Both the position numbers and the translations under genes were made by a program. A stretch of DNA of 64,000 bases from positions 2,050,876-2,114,875 of the forward strand of contig OX638380.1 in the NCBI GenBank assembly GCA_951813855.1. Direction: 5' to 3'. This DNA comes from an uncultured Verrucomicrobiae bacterium. GTDB lineage: Bacteria > Verrucomicrobiota > Verrucomicrobiia > Limisphaerales > AAA164-E04. Each line of letters opens with the position of its first letter. Positions within the stretch are counted from its first letter, which is position 1. The notes under the pieces were generated by a model. It was not told where the DNA came from. It did not search any database and worked only from the letters and a program-made list of their open reading frames with translations. Positions 10,905-20,541 of the stretch are shown in pieces.

Positions 10905-11978
10905 ATGACCAGTTCGATGCCTGTTCGGTTCCGCGCCCTCCTTGCCGCAGCTTTTTCCGCGGCGCTCGGAATCTCCGCTTTCGCCGCCAATCCTCAGGTC
11001 ACGATGAAGACGACGCTCGGGGATATCGTGCTGGAGTTGGATGAAGAAAAAGCGCCGATCTCCACGCTGAATTTTTTAGAATACGCCCAAAGCAAATTCT
11101 ATGAGGGCACGGTTTTCCACCGCGTCATGCCGATTTTCATGATCCAAGGCGGCGGCTTTACGAAAGACATCGACAAAAAAGAAGAAGGCCTGCGGCTCCC
11201 GATCAAAAACGAATGGAAAAACGGCCTCAAAAACGTCAGAGGCACCATCGCCATGGCTCGGACCGGCGAACCCGATTCCGCGACTTCCCAATTCTACATC
11301 AACGTGGTCGACAACGCTTCTTTGGACGAGCCTCGGGGCGGCGCCGCTTACGCCGTATTCGGGAAAGTGATCAAGGGCATGGAAACGGTCGACGCCATTC
11401 GCGATACCGAAACCCGGATCCATCCCAAGTACCCGGGAGGCAAAGTCGTTCCGGTAGTGCCGGTCGTCATCGAATCGGTCACGTTGAAGGCCCCCTACGA
11501 CCTCACGGCGCTCAAGAAAAAAGTCGAAGAGATCCGTCAAGCCGCCGCCGCTTCCGCAACCCAAAGAATCGCCGACAACGAAGTCTTTCTGAAGGAAAAC
11601 GCCCAGAAGCCGAACGTCATCACCACCGCTACCGGGCTGCAATACGAGATTCTCGAAACCGGCAACGACCGCAAACCCGAACTCACCGACACGGTAAAGG
11701 TTCACTATCGGGGAATGCTGATCGACGGCACAGAGTTCGACAGTTCTTATCAACGGAACCGACCGTTAACTTTCGGGGTCAACCAAGTGATCCCCGGTTG
11801 GGCCGAGGCGTTGCAGTTAATTTCCGAAGGGAGCAAGGTCAAATTGGTTTTACCTCCTGATCTGGCCTACGGCGAAGCGGGCGTCGGCGATGTAATTCCC
11901 CCCAATTCCACTTTGATTTTCGAACTGGAGTTGCTGCAAATCACTTCGCGGCCGCCGGACGAAAACGCCCAACCGTGA
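10905..11978 (+). CDS. Exported dual peptidyl-prolyl isomerase: cyclophilin plus FKBP fusion
   Basis: Signal peptide; cyclophilin motifs (FHRV, MIQGGG, GTIAMAR, SQFYIN); FKBP motifs (VKVHYRG, FDSSY, VIPGW, LAYG, IPPNSTLIFELEL). Confidence 0.92.
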   Translation: MTSSMPVRFRALLAAAFSAALGISAFAANPQVTMKTTLGDIVLELDEEKAPISTLNFLEYAQSKFYEGTVFHRVMPIFMIQGGGFTKDIDKKEEGLRLPIKNEWKNGLKNVRGTIAMARTGEPDSATSQFYINVVDNASLDEPRGGAAYAVFGKVIKGMETVDAIRDTETRIHPKYPGGKVVPVVPVVIESVTLKAPYDLTALKKKVEEIRQAAAASATQRIADNEVFLKENAQKPNVITTATGLQYEILETGNDRKPELTDTVKVHYRGMLIDGTEFDSSYQRNRPLTFGVNQVIPGWAEALQLISEGSKVKLVLPPDLAYGEAGVGDVIPPNSTLIFELELLQITSRPPDENAQP

Positions 11979-12847
11979 ATCCCTGCCGAAGCGCCATACT
12001 AGGAGCCGTTCTCGCCCTGCTTTGGTGCCCGGAACCGCGAGCGGCCGCGGATCAGGTTCCGCCGGTGCGCGCTTCCTTGATTTGCGAACAGAACGCCGTC
12101 GTTCCCGGCCAGACGTTCACCGTCGCCTTGCGGCTGCGGATGGCTCCCGGCTACCACACGTATTGGCGCAACGCCGGAACGATCGGCCTGCCGACATCGA
12201 TTCGCTGGACGCTCCCCGCCGGTTTCAAAGCCGGCCCAATCCAATGGCCCCGGCCGCAAATTCATCACATGGCGGACTACCGGGTCTGGGGCTACCAAAA
12301 CGAATCTCTGCTCTTGGTCGACATTACTCCGCCCCCTGATCTCCCGCTCGGGCATCCAACGAAACTGATAGCCGACGCCAGTTGGATGGCATGCAAAAAC
12401 CTGTGTCATCCGGGCTTTCGGCAGTTGGTGTTGACCCTGCCCGTCGCCGAGCGGAGGTCGCTTCATCCGGCACGAAACACTCAATTCGATCGAGTTCGCC
12501 GCCAGCAACCCGTCGCCCTGCCCGAATGGCAACTGTCCTGCGTTCGCAACGGCGCGAATTACCGGCTATCGATCGTCTCCGCCCGCCCGATTCCGCAAGC
12601 CGATATCCGGTCGGGCGCCATCGAATTTTTCGGTTTTGACCGACAGATCAGTTCCGCCCTGCCGCAGACGATTCGCCGCCTGCCTAACGGCTGGGAATTG
12701 ACCCTGCGCCAGGAAGAGTTCACTCCGGAACGAACAGACCGGCTTACCGGCATCCTGGTGTCCGAGCGAGGTTGGAAGACCGAAGAGCCGCAACGCCCGC
12801 TGCTGGTCGATATTCCGATCGAAACCTCATCGGCGACCGACCGTTGA
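11975..12847 (+). CDS. DsbD N-terminal-like domain protein (exported)
   Basis: Signal peptide, GYHTYWRN-G-IGLPT-I-W motif, WMACKNLC dithiol; 4-bp overlap with the upstream gene. Confidence 0.75.
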   Translation: MNPCRSAILGAVLALLWCPEPRAAADQVPPVRASLICEQNAVVPGQTFTVALRLRMAPGYHTYWRNAGTIGLPTSIRWTLPAGFKAGPIQWPRPQIHHMADYRVWGYQNESLLLVDITPPPDLPLGHPTKLIADASWMACKNLCHPGFRQLVLTLPVAERRSLHPARNTQFDRVRRQQPVALPEWQLSCVRNGANYRLSIVSARPIPQADIRSGAIEFFGFDRQISSALPQTIRRLPNGWELTLRQEEFTPERTDRLTGILVSERGWKTEEPQRPLLVDIPIETSSATDR

Positions 12848-15156
12848 AATCGCTGTTCCGCTTCCTGATCGTCGCCGTCCTTTGCTTTGCGGGCGTCATC
12901 GGAATCTGGTTCGTCTTTCACTGGTGGCCGCCCCGCGAGGCATCCGGCGATATTCGCCCCGGGAAAATTACCGCCCCGCCCCGTCCCGATTACGAAGCCG
13001 AGGCCGCCAAATGGAATCGAACCGTCTGGGCTTCCGAAATAAAGGGGCAAAAACTGGCCGAGCGAATCTGGCGACTCTGGGACGAACTGCGTCAAAGCGA
13101 AACTCCGTTGCAAGTCTTGGCCGATCTCCCCTTCGACCAGTTGACGATCGGATCGTTTTCCTCCCCCCAAACCATCGAGCACGGAATCGTCATTCGCGAA
13201 ACTCAGGAACCCGCAACGACCTATTCGAGAAAACGATTCCAGGAATTTCTGACGCAACGGCGCCGGGAAAACATCCGGCTAGAACAGTCCCAATGGCGCC
13301 ACGAACGTTTCTGGCCCGAAAGAGACGGCGTTCCCCAATCCCGTTTTCGCTTTGTATTGCACGCTCGCCGGCCAGAGCCGGAAACCCGCTATATTCTCCG
13401 GGGTCGGCTTCGCATTCGCTGGCGCGAAACCGACGCCCGGCCCGCTATCGAAACCGTCACCGTAACCGAAGCGGAATTACTGTCCCGCAAGGGACCTCCG
13501 CCGTTCCTGAGCGTTCCCCCGATCGATATCACCCCCGACTCGGTTTACGACACGATCGAACCCAATCTCTTGATCCAGGACCTGGACCGCGACGGGCTTG
13601 CCGAAATCGTTTTACCGTCGATCAACCGCGTCTACCGGAACCAGGGGCAGGGACGATTCCGTCCCGCACCTCTACTCGAGTTCCCGATCCGCCCCATCGA
13701 TATCGGCACGCTGGCCGACTTCGACAACGACGGGTTCACCGATTTCCTCGGCGTCAACACCAAGGGACTCGCCCTATTCCGAGGTTCGGCAACCGGGACG
13801 TTCCTTTCACCGCTGTCCAGCACTCCCCTGGAATCGTTGCGGCACCCTTCGGCGCTCACTTCCGGCGATATCGATCATGACGGCGACCTCGATTTATGGC
13901 TGGCCCAGTATCGCAGTCCCTATCGCGCGGGCCAGATGCCGACTCCCTACTACCGGGCGAACGACGGTTACCCTTCCTATCTCTTGCGCAACGACGGCAC
14001 CGGCCGGTTCGTCGACGTTACCGAAGAAGCGGGTTTGACCGAACTCCGGTTTCGCCGAACCTACAGCGCTTCCCTCGTCGATCTGGAAGACGACGGCGAT
14101 CAGGATTTGGTGACGGTAAACGATTTTGCGGGACTGGATTTTTACGTGAACGACGGAACCGGCCGTTTCCGGAACGCCAGCGACGAATTGGCCGGCGACC
14201 GCTTGGGCTTTGGCATGGCCCACGCCTTCGGCGATTTCGATCGGAACGGGGAACTCGATTTATTCATGATCGGAATGAACGACGATACGGCTCGCCGACT
14301 GGACTATTTGAAGCTGACCGGCCCGCGCCCCGAGTACGCGCTCCATCGCGCTCCCATGACTTTCGGAAATCGACTTTTCTATCGTCAGGGAGCCCGTTAC
14401 CACCAACTTCCTGCCGGAAAACGCTTAGCCGAAAGCGGCTGGTCCTGGGGAGTGTCGACCGGTGATTTCGACAACGACGGAGACGAAGACATTCATATCG
14501 TGAACGGCCACATCTCCAACGCTTCCGTCCGGGATTACGCTCCAAATTTTTGGCTTTACGATATCTACTTGGGCGATTCGAACGAGAACCCCGCCCTCGA
14601 CTTCTTTTTTCAATCCCGGCAAAACGACGCCCGGCTTTCGGGAGTTTCCTTCGGCGGCCATGAACTCAACCATTTCTACTTGAATCGAGGACAAGACGGC
14701 TTTTTGGAAGTCGCCTATCTGATAGGGCTGTCGCTCCAAGTCGATTGCCGCAACTTGATCAGCGAAGATTTGGACGGGGACGGCCGACTGGAATGGCTGA
14801 CCGCCACTCTCGAAACCTGGCCCCAGTATCGGCATACGTTGCGACTATTCGCCAATTTTACCGAACCGGCCGGGCACTGGATCGGGCTTCGGGTCGTCGG
14901 CGCTCCCGAACTGCCGATCGTCGGCACTGTGGTCCAATTAAAAACTCCCAACGGCGAGCAACGGCGCCAGCTCGTTACCGGCGAGTCCTACCGTAGCCAA
15001 CATGCCAACGCCTTGCACTTCGGCATCGGGCCGCTCACGGAGGTCGACTCTCTGGAAATTCGCTGGCCCGACGGCGGCCGGCGCACTCTGGACCGTCCGG
15101 AAATCGATCGGTGGCACCAAGTCGTACACCGTCGGTCGACGACCGGGAATCAATAA
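12844..15156 (+). CDS. CRTAC1/ASPIC-UnbV family protein with FG-GAP repeats
   Basis: Repeated DFDNDG/DIDHDGDLD motifs; C-terminal GESYRSQH..LHFGIG..IRWPDG; N-terminal TM segment. Confidence 0.88.
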   Translation: MKSLFRFLIVAVLCFAGVIGIWFVFHWWPPREASGDIRPGKITAPPRPDYEAEAAKWNRTVWASEIKGQKLAERIWRLWDELRQSETPLQVLADLPFDQLTIGSFSSPQTIEHGIVIRETQEPATTYSRKRFQEFLTQRRRENIRLEQSQWRHERFWPERDGVPQSRFRFVLHARRPEPETRYILRGRLRIRWRETDARPAIETVTVTEAELLSRKGPPPFLSVPPIDITPDSVYDTIEPNLLIQDLDRDGLAEIVLPSINRVYRNQGQGRFRPAPLLEFPIRPIDIGTLADFDNDGFTDFLGVNTKGLALFRGSATGTFLSPLSSTPLESLRHPSALTSGDIDHDGDLDLWLAQYRSPYRAGQMPTPYYRANDGYPSYLLRNDGTGRFVDVTEEAGLTELRFRRTYSASLVDLEDDGDQDLVTVNDFAGLDFYVNDGTGRFRNASDELAGDRLGFGMAHAFGDFDRNGELDLFMIGMNDDTARRLDYLKLTGPRPEYALHRAPMTFGNRLFYRQGARYHQLPAGKRLAESGWSWGVSTGDFDNDGDEDIHIVNGHISNASVRDYAPNFWLYDIYLGDSNENPALDFFFQSRQNDARLSGVSFGGHELNHFYLNRGQDGFLEVAYLIGLSLQVDCRNLISEDLDGDGRLEWLTATLETWPQYRHTLRLFANFTEPAGHWIGLRVVGAPELPIVGTVVQLKTPNGEQRRQLVTGESYRSQHANALHFGIGPLTEVDSLEIRWPDGGRRTLDRPEIDRWHQVVHRRSTTGNQ

Positions 15157-15207
15157 AACAGTTGGACCGGACTTCCGGAACGGTCTGGCAAAAATCCCTT
15201 GTTTTTC

Positions 15208-15560
15208 GTAACTGACCAGGTGACCGGGGCCTACCTTTTTCCCGGTAAAAACGGTGATTGTCGTCCCGGGAAAGACCAGAGCGAAGGCCTCGCAATCAAT
15301 CAGTCATCAGTTTGCCGGCCAACTCTTCCGAGGAAATTCGCAAGGTCGATAAGACATTCCATCCCGGTTTTCAGTCGTGCTGACCAATCCGCGCTCCGCC
15401 AGATTTTTCGTGAAGGGAATCGCCCAGTCGAATACGGAACTGAGCGTGCCCTCTCGCTTCTCTTGCAACCGCTCAACCAGATTATGACCGGGGCGTTTTT
15501 TCGGCGGCCCCGCTTGCCGAACAGCGATGAGTCCGTTACTCGATGGGCTAGATGGCACCG
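15208..15560 (-). mobile_element. Degenerate IS66 remnant (transposase C-terminus and terminal repeat)
   Basis: GTAACTGACCAGGTGACCG at 15208 resembles the IS66 TIR GTAACTGTTCAGGTGCCG. The minus frame encodes KKRPGHNLVERLQEKREGTLSSVFDWAIPFTKNLAERGL, homologous to the IS66 C-terminus at ~61.9 kb. Confidence 0.8.
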
Positions 15561-15823
15561 CCGGGGACACTGCGTCCGACAACCTACCGGACCTGAATTT
15601 CCGAGTGCCATTCGGCATCTACGGGGACCGGTTCCCCCACAATCGGGACAGACAGTGGAATGTCGCACCTCAACGTGGTCCGATCGGGAAACAACAAGTT
15701 CTGCCTATTGTTCAATAAGCACTTGTGATAAATGGGCAGAACTAGGTCGACGGACTATCGCCAGCAGCCCAAAAGAAATCGAAACGCTTGATTTGGCCCG
15801 CGACCTTCCATTACAGAAACTGA

Positions 15824-16036
15824 TTCTCCCGATATTCGCTTCGTGAGACACGAACAGGTACGGTCGCCATCACAGACGCTACGCTTGCTTCGGAATTTGA
15901 TATCAAGGCGTTGGATGCCGACAAAAACGAAGGCAACTCAGAAGCTCCCCACACTGAGGTGACGGCCATTGCGGCGGGATTCGCTTACGCAGCAGCATTG
16001 AAATCTGACGGTTCCGTTGTCGCTTGGGGAAAATGA
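15824..16036 (+). pseudogene. Fragment of a Calx-beta/RCC1-repeat gene
   Basis: A start-less frame encodes FDIKALDADKNEGNS (Calx-beta start) and EVTAIAAGFAYAAALKSDGSVVAWGK (one RCC1 blade). Confidence 0.7.
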
Positions 16037-16084
16037 AATTACAACCTACTCATCAGATTCTGTCCGACAAGATCGACGGGCACT

Positions 16085-17566
16085 CTAACGGGAAATAAAA
16101 AACATCGAGTCCCTGTCGGGCGACACCAGAAAAGGCGAATTTGCGGCGGCGACCGGAACGAATCGTTCGGTCACGCTCTTGCTGGCATATAACGATCCAG
16201 AGTACTCAATTATCATGAAGCCGTCGCTGTTAAGCGACACCGAGATTGGACGGGACGGCAGCAACGTATCGTCGTTTCGAATGATTCCTTGGGCCTTGGC
16301 CAAAATCTCCCCGCTTCGCTTCGTTTCTCCCTCGATGACCTGATGCAAGGCTACGAAAAATAATTCGTCAGGTTCGATTTGAAGATCGCCTTTCACGTTA
16401 ACGATCAAGGATTTCGTTTTTTCCCCGGCTTCAAGGGAAACGATCTGTCCGTCCCCGGATTGAATTTCGACGAACAGGTTAAAGTCCAACTCCGCCGAGA
16501 TAGCGGCGACATTGTTCGGGACTTCAAAACCCTGGTCCCACTGTTCGAAATCGGCGTCGCCCCAAATTATCACCGTGCGATCGCTTTTTAAGGCGAGACT
16601 ATGGCGTTTACCCGCCAAGATAGCGATGACATCGCTCAGTCCCTCCGGCACCTGGAGTTGTCCGAAATCGTTCCTGCCCCACGCCACCACGGTGCCGTCC
16701 TGTTTCAGAGCGAGACTAAATCCTTCGCCGGCCGGGATCGCCTTCACGTCCGATAATCCCTCCGGCACCTGGAGTTGATGAAAAACTTTCAGTCCCCAAG
16801 CTATCACCGTGCCTTCCCGTGTTAGAGCGAGGTTGTGCCATCTGCCCGCCGAGATAGCGACGATGCCGGTCAATCCCTCGGGCACTTGAAGTTGTCCATA
16901 ATCGTCATCTCCCCATGCCACCACCGTGCCGTCTTTTTGTAACGCGAGACTCACGATGTTTCCTGCCGAAACGTCGGTAACGTAGCGCAATCCCTCGGGT
17001 ACCTCGAGGCGTCCGTGATCCCCGTCGCCCCACGCCACCACCGTGCCGTCTTTTTGTAACGCGAGGCTGTGCCAAAATCCCGCTGAGACCACGACGACAT
17101 CACTAATCCCTCGAGGCACTTGAAGGGGTTCGTCGTCGGAAGAACCCCAAGTCACGACCTTTCCGTCGCTAGTCAAAGCCAAACCATGAAATTTACCGGC
17201 CGGGATAGCGGCGATTTCGCCCCGAACCTGGGGCGCCTGGTGTCGCTCTGATCCGGTTTTGCTCCAAACCCGAATGTGCGACAGCCGATCCGATTCCAGC
17301 GAAAAATCTTCGAAATCGGCCAGGTTTTTTTCCCGACCCAAATTATCGAGAACCAACCGCAGTCGGACCGCTTCGGTCAGGTCCTCGGTCCGATTGACCT
17401 GAAAACTAAAAGCCGTTAAACCCTCGTGTCCCTCATACTTATCGGCTTCGTAAGGGATCAGGCTCCAGTCGGCAACCGCGCCGGAATAAATTTCCAAAGC
17501 CAAAACGCCAATTTGTAACCGCACGATTGCCAGCAAATGAAGAACCAGGGTTCGACAATTGGTCAT
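16085..17566 (-). CDS. Secreted RCC1/BLIP-II-like repeat protein with a split Calx-beta domain and shared C-terminal domain
   Basis: Six full ~39-aa repeats (AISAG..HSLAL..DGTVVAWG) plus one partial; Calx-beta halves (EADKYEGHEG..FSFQV.R and EAGEKTK..VKGD...EPDE.F...GIIRNDD) flank them. Confidence 0.88.
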   Translation of the reverse strand: MTNCRTLVLHLLAIVRLQIGVLALEIYSGAVADWSLIPYEADKYEGHEGLTAFSFQVNRTEDLTEAVRLRLVLDNLGREKNLADFEDFSLESDRLSHIRVWSKTGSERHQAPQVRGEIAAIPAGKFHGLALTSDGKVVTWGSSDDEPLQVPRGISDVVVVSAGFWHSLALQKDGTVVAWGDGDHGRLEVPEGLRYVTDVSAGNIVSLALQKDGTVVAWGDDDYGQLQVPEGLTGIVAISAGRWHNLALTREGTVIAWGLKVFHQLQVPEGLSDVKAIPAGEGFSLALKQDGTVVAWGRNDFGQLQVPEGLSDVIAILAGKRHSLALKSDRTVIIWGDADFEQWDQGFEVPNNVAAISAELDFNLFVEIQSGDGQIVSLEAGEKTKSLIVNVKGDLQIEPDELFFVALHQVIEGETKRSGEILAKAQGIIRNDDTLLPSRPISVSLNSDGFMIIEYSGSLYASKSVTERFVPVAAANSPFLVSPDRDSMFFISR

Positions 17567-18292
17567 GATGGTAACGATTTAAACGCTTCCGTGATTTTAG
17601 ACAATCTCAAGATCAAAGCGTCGCAGTCGGCGAAACCACGGTTCGAATGCCACGAAACGGCGAAGCAAGACATGTCTCTGATCGCTTGAAATCATAACGC
17701 CGGAGACGACACCCTCGCCATCTTATTCCCGCCTCCGCAAGCGGATCGACCACCACGCCGAAAACCGCTGTAAAGCTCCTAATCTCTCGTTCCGGCCAAT
17801 CCGTCAATTATGGATCAACCGATGCGTAAAATCCCTTGTCGCCTAAGCCTCACCCGCACGATACGGACGAACCCCCGGCAAAATCCCAATCATCCCACCG
17901 ATCAGTTTTCGTTGTTTTCCGTCATGGCCGACAACGCGGCACACCGGATTGCGGCCCAAGGAAACCACTGACGGCCTCTAGGTTAAAACGAAAAACGGAA
18001 ACAAAATCCGAACCGACCTCGAACGAAGCCGATCGCGGTTAGGGCCAGACGCGGAAACGGTCATTAAACACGCCAAAGAAGAACAGGCTACGCCACTTCG
18101 CCCTTCCTCGATCAGATCATTGATGAAGCCGAAAAGCAACGACAATATCGCCCGGATTCGACAAAATCAGGTGGTGTCCCGCAGCGATCACCCGGCCAAC
18201 GACCCTCCACGAAACCAAGGAACTAATCGGCCCGAAGACTCGGCGCCAACATGCCGTGCGGCTACCAGACGCCGGCCACGCATCCCAGACCG

Positions 18293-19069
18293 TCAATCGT
18301 CGGCGCCGAATCGATAGAGCCGAGAAAGACGAAGGGCATGCTCGTCATATGCCGATTCAAAAAGACGCTTCGCCGATTCCGCTCCCGCGACTACTTCCGC
18401 GGTCAGCACTTTGGGGGGTTGACCGTGTTCCACCAAAAGCTGAGCCACTTCCGCCTTGATCGCGTTGACGATTAAACAGCCGCCGACGGTCGAACCCGGA
18501 GCCACCGGCTGCGACAATCCGGGAACGTCCGTCATCGCGTCACCGACCGGGGCGCCGGTATCCAACACCAAATCGGCGCAATCGATTAATTTACGGCCCT
18601 GCGAAGAACGGCTCTTCGACGCCCGAGCGTGGTCCAGACTCACCAAAGCTACCACCTTGATGCCCCGCTTCCGGAATTCCTCGGCCACCTCGACCGGCAC
18701 CAGACTGCAACCGCTGGAAGAAACTATCAGCGCCGAATCCTCTTCGCTCAACCGGTAATTCCGCAGGATTTTCTCCGCCAAGCCGGAAACGTTTTCCAAA
18801 AACATCGCCTGGCGTTGGCCGTTGGCTCCGACTACGCCGTTGTGAAAGGTCAGCGATAATTCCACGATCGGATTAAATCCCGGAAAAGAACCATAACGGG
18901 GCCACATCTCCTCGACCATGATCCGGCTATGTCCCGAACCGAACAAGTGGACCATCCGCCCCGACAAAACGGAGGCAGCGAACCACTCGGCCGCCTGACG
19001 GATCTCCGCTTCTTGAGCGGCGACCCGATCCAGCAAACACCGGGCCCGGTCGACGTACCTAACGGTCAT
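18293..19069 (-). CDS. SIS (sugar isomerase) domain protein
   Basis: VHLFGSGHS, LIVSSSG, ADLVLDTGAPVGDA, PGSTVGG motifs. Confidence 0.82.
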   Translation of the reverse strand: MTVRYVDRARCLLDRVAAQEAEIRQAAEWFAASVLSGRMVHLFGSGHSRIMVEEMWPRYGSFPGFNPIVELSLTFHNGVVGANGQRQAMFLENVSGLAEKILRNYRLSEEDSALIVSSSGCSLVPVEVAEEFRKRGIKVVALVSLDHARASKSRSSQGRKLIDCADLVLDTGAPVGDAMTDVPGLSQPVAPGSTVGGCLIVNAIKAEVAQLLVEHGQPPKVLTAEVVAGAESAKRLFESAYDEHALRLSRLYRFGADD

Positions 19070-19372
19070 ACTCGTTGCCACGGGGCGGTTATTCGCCCAG
19101 ACCTGCCGGAATGTCAAGCGAGCCCCAGCCGAACTCGATAGTTCGCCGGACTTCGAATCGGCCGGACCGGTCCCGATCGTTCAATGATCCGTTCGCTCCC
19201 GACGGCGACGATCGGAACCGACTTTTTCGTCGTCCTCTCCAACGGCCACGACCACGCCAGACGTTTCACGCTCCCGAAAAATATCGACCGTTCGACCGAC
19301 AAATCGAGCCGGAATCGGGATTCCGATTGACGAACCCGCCGACGTGCCGCTACCCTGCCTTCCGCAGTCGCC

Positions 19373-19762
19373 ATGCTCGCTTCTCGTATCAAGCAGAAAC
19401 CCGAATCGATTCCCGGTTTTCGAATCGGGGACGAACGATTAATCAAGCTGACGACCAACGCCGGACGAAAAATCGATTCTTTGCTGAACAAGCAAGGCCG
19501 CCCTCAGGGGGTGTTGCGAGTCGCCGTTATCGGCGGAGGTTGTTCCGGGCTCCAATACAAAATGGATTTACAGGACGCTCCCGCCAACCGGGATATTATG
19601 GTCGAATCGGCCGGCATCCGCGTCGTCGTCGATCCCAAAAGCGCCCTCTACGTCACCGGCTCGGAACTTGACTTCATCGAAGCCTTCACGGACGGCGGAT
19701 TCAAAGTCAACAATCCCAATGCCGCCTCCAGTTGCTCTTGCGGCGAAAGCTTCAGCGCCTGA
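19373..19762 (+). CDS. HesB/IscA/ErpA family Fe-S cluster carrier
   Basis: GGGCSGLQY, FKVNNPNA, SCSCGESFS. Confidence 0.93.
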   Translation: MLASRIKQKPESIPGFRIGDERLIKLTTNAGRKIDSLLNKQGRPQGVLRVAVIGGGCSGLQYKMDLQDAPANRDIMVESAGIRVVVDPKSALYVTGSELDFIEAFTDGGFKVNNPNAASSCSCGESFSA

Positions 19763-19773
19763 GCCTGTCGTCC

Positions 19774-20379
19774 ATGTCCTCGGACCGAGGGAACGCCACG
19801 ACCCAAGACCGATTCGCGGTCTTGGCCATGCCACGAGTTCCTTGGCTTGATTCCCGGCAACTCAAAGACCGCTATTTGGAACTGGCCAAAAAACCGGTTT
19901 CTCCTGCCGAACTGGAAGCGGTCAACGACGCTTGGCGCGTCCTCAAGGACGACGTCGCCAGACTCGCCCATTTTCTCGAACTGGAAACCGGAAAGGACGT
20001 TCGCCAGGAACGGGAAGCTCCCCGCCATCTCATCGACCTGTTCATGAAGCTAGGGCCCCTTTTCAATCAGGCCGACCGGCTCGTTCGCTCGATTCAAGAA
20101 GCCACCACTCCGATTCTGAAGGCCGAAAGCTATCTCTCCGCGCAAAGCCTGAGCCGAGAACTATCCGAAGCCGCCGAAGAACTGACCCGGCTCATCGAGC
20201 GTCAAGCAGACCGGCTCCGGCTGGCGCACCAAAACTGGCTCGAACTTTCTGCCGAGGACGATGCGACGGCTCGAGAGTCCTTTCTAAAAGAACTTGGCGA
20301 CATTTGCCGCTCTCTGGCCTTTTTACGACGATGGCAAAACCAACTCGCCGAAAAACAATTCGCCTTGACTCCCGGTTAA
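19774..20379 (+). CDS. HscB-like co-chaperone with a degenerate J-domain
   Basis: Follows iscA; RFAVLAMPRVPWLD...LKDRY...AVNDAWRVL...RLAHFLEL pattern; no HPD motif. Confidence 0.65.
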   Translation: MSSDRGNATTQDRFAVLAMPRVPWLDSRQLKDRYLELAKKPVSPAELEAVNDAWRVLKDDVARLAHFLELETGKDVRQEREAPRHLIDLFMKLGPLFNQADRLVRSIQEATTPILKAESYLSAQSLSRELSEAAEELTRLIERQADRLRLAHQNWLELSAEDDATARESFLKELGDICRSLAFLRRWQNQLAEKQFALTPG

Positions 20380-20541
20380 GCCGGCGACGCAGGGTTTTTT
20401 CACGCTAATCGCTAGAGGCCCGTGTCACCGATTTCGGGACATATTCGCTTTTTCCCTTCACCAGAGAGCCGAAACTTTAGCGCCTTCGAAATGGGAAAAT
20501 AAAGCTGGCTTTTTCACTCTCTGGTCGTTATTTGGTTCCTC

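Noticed and set aside
17567-18292. Coding region or ncRNA in the 0.7-kb gap
   Set aside because: Only short overlapping ORFs with no motifs; no repeat or RNA signature recognised by eye.
20390-20404. ISAs1 left TIR CAGGGTTTTTTCACG used to define a full element
   Set aside because: Plausible, but no matching right TIR or TSD was found after 22329, so element boundaries are not reported.
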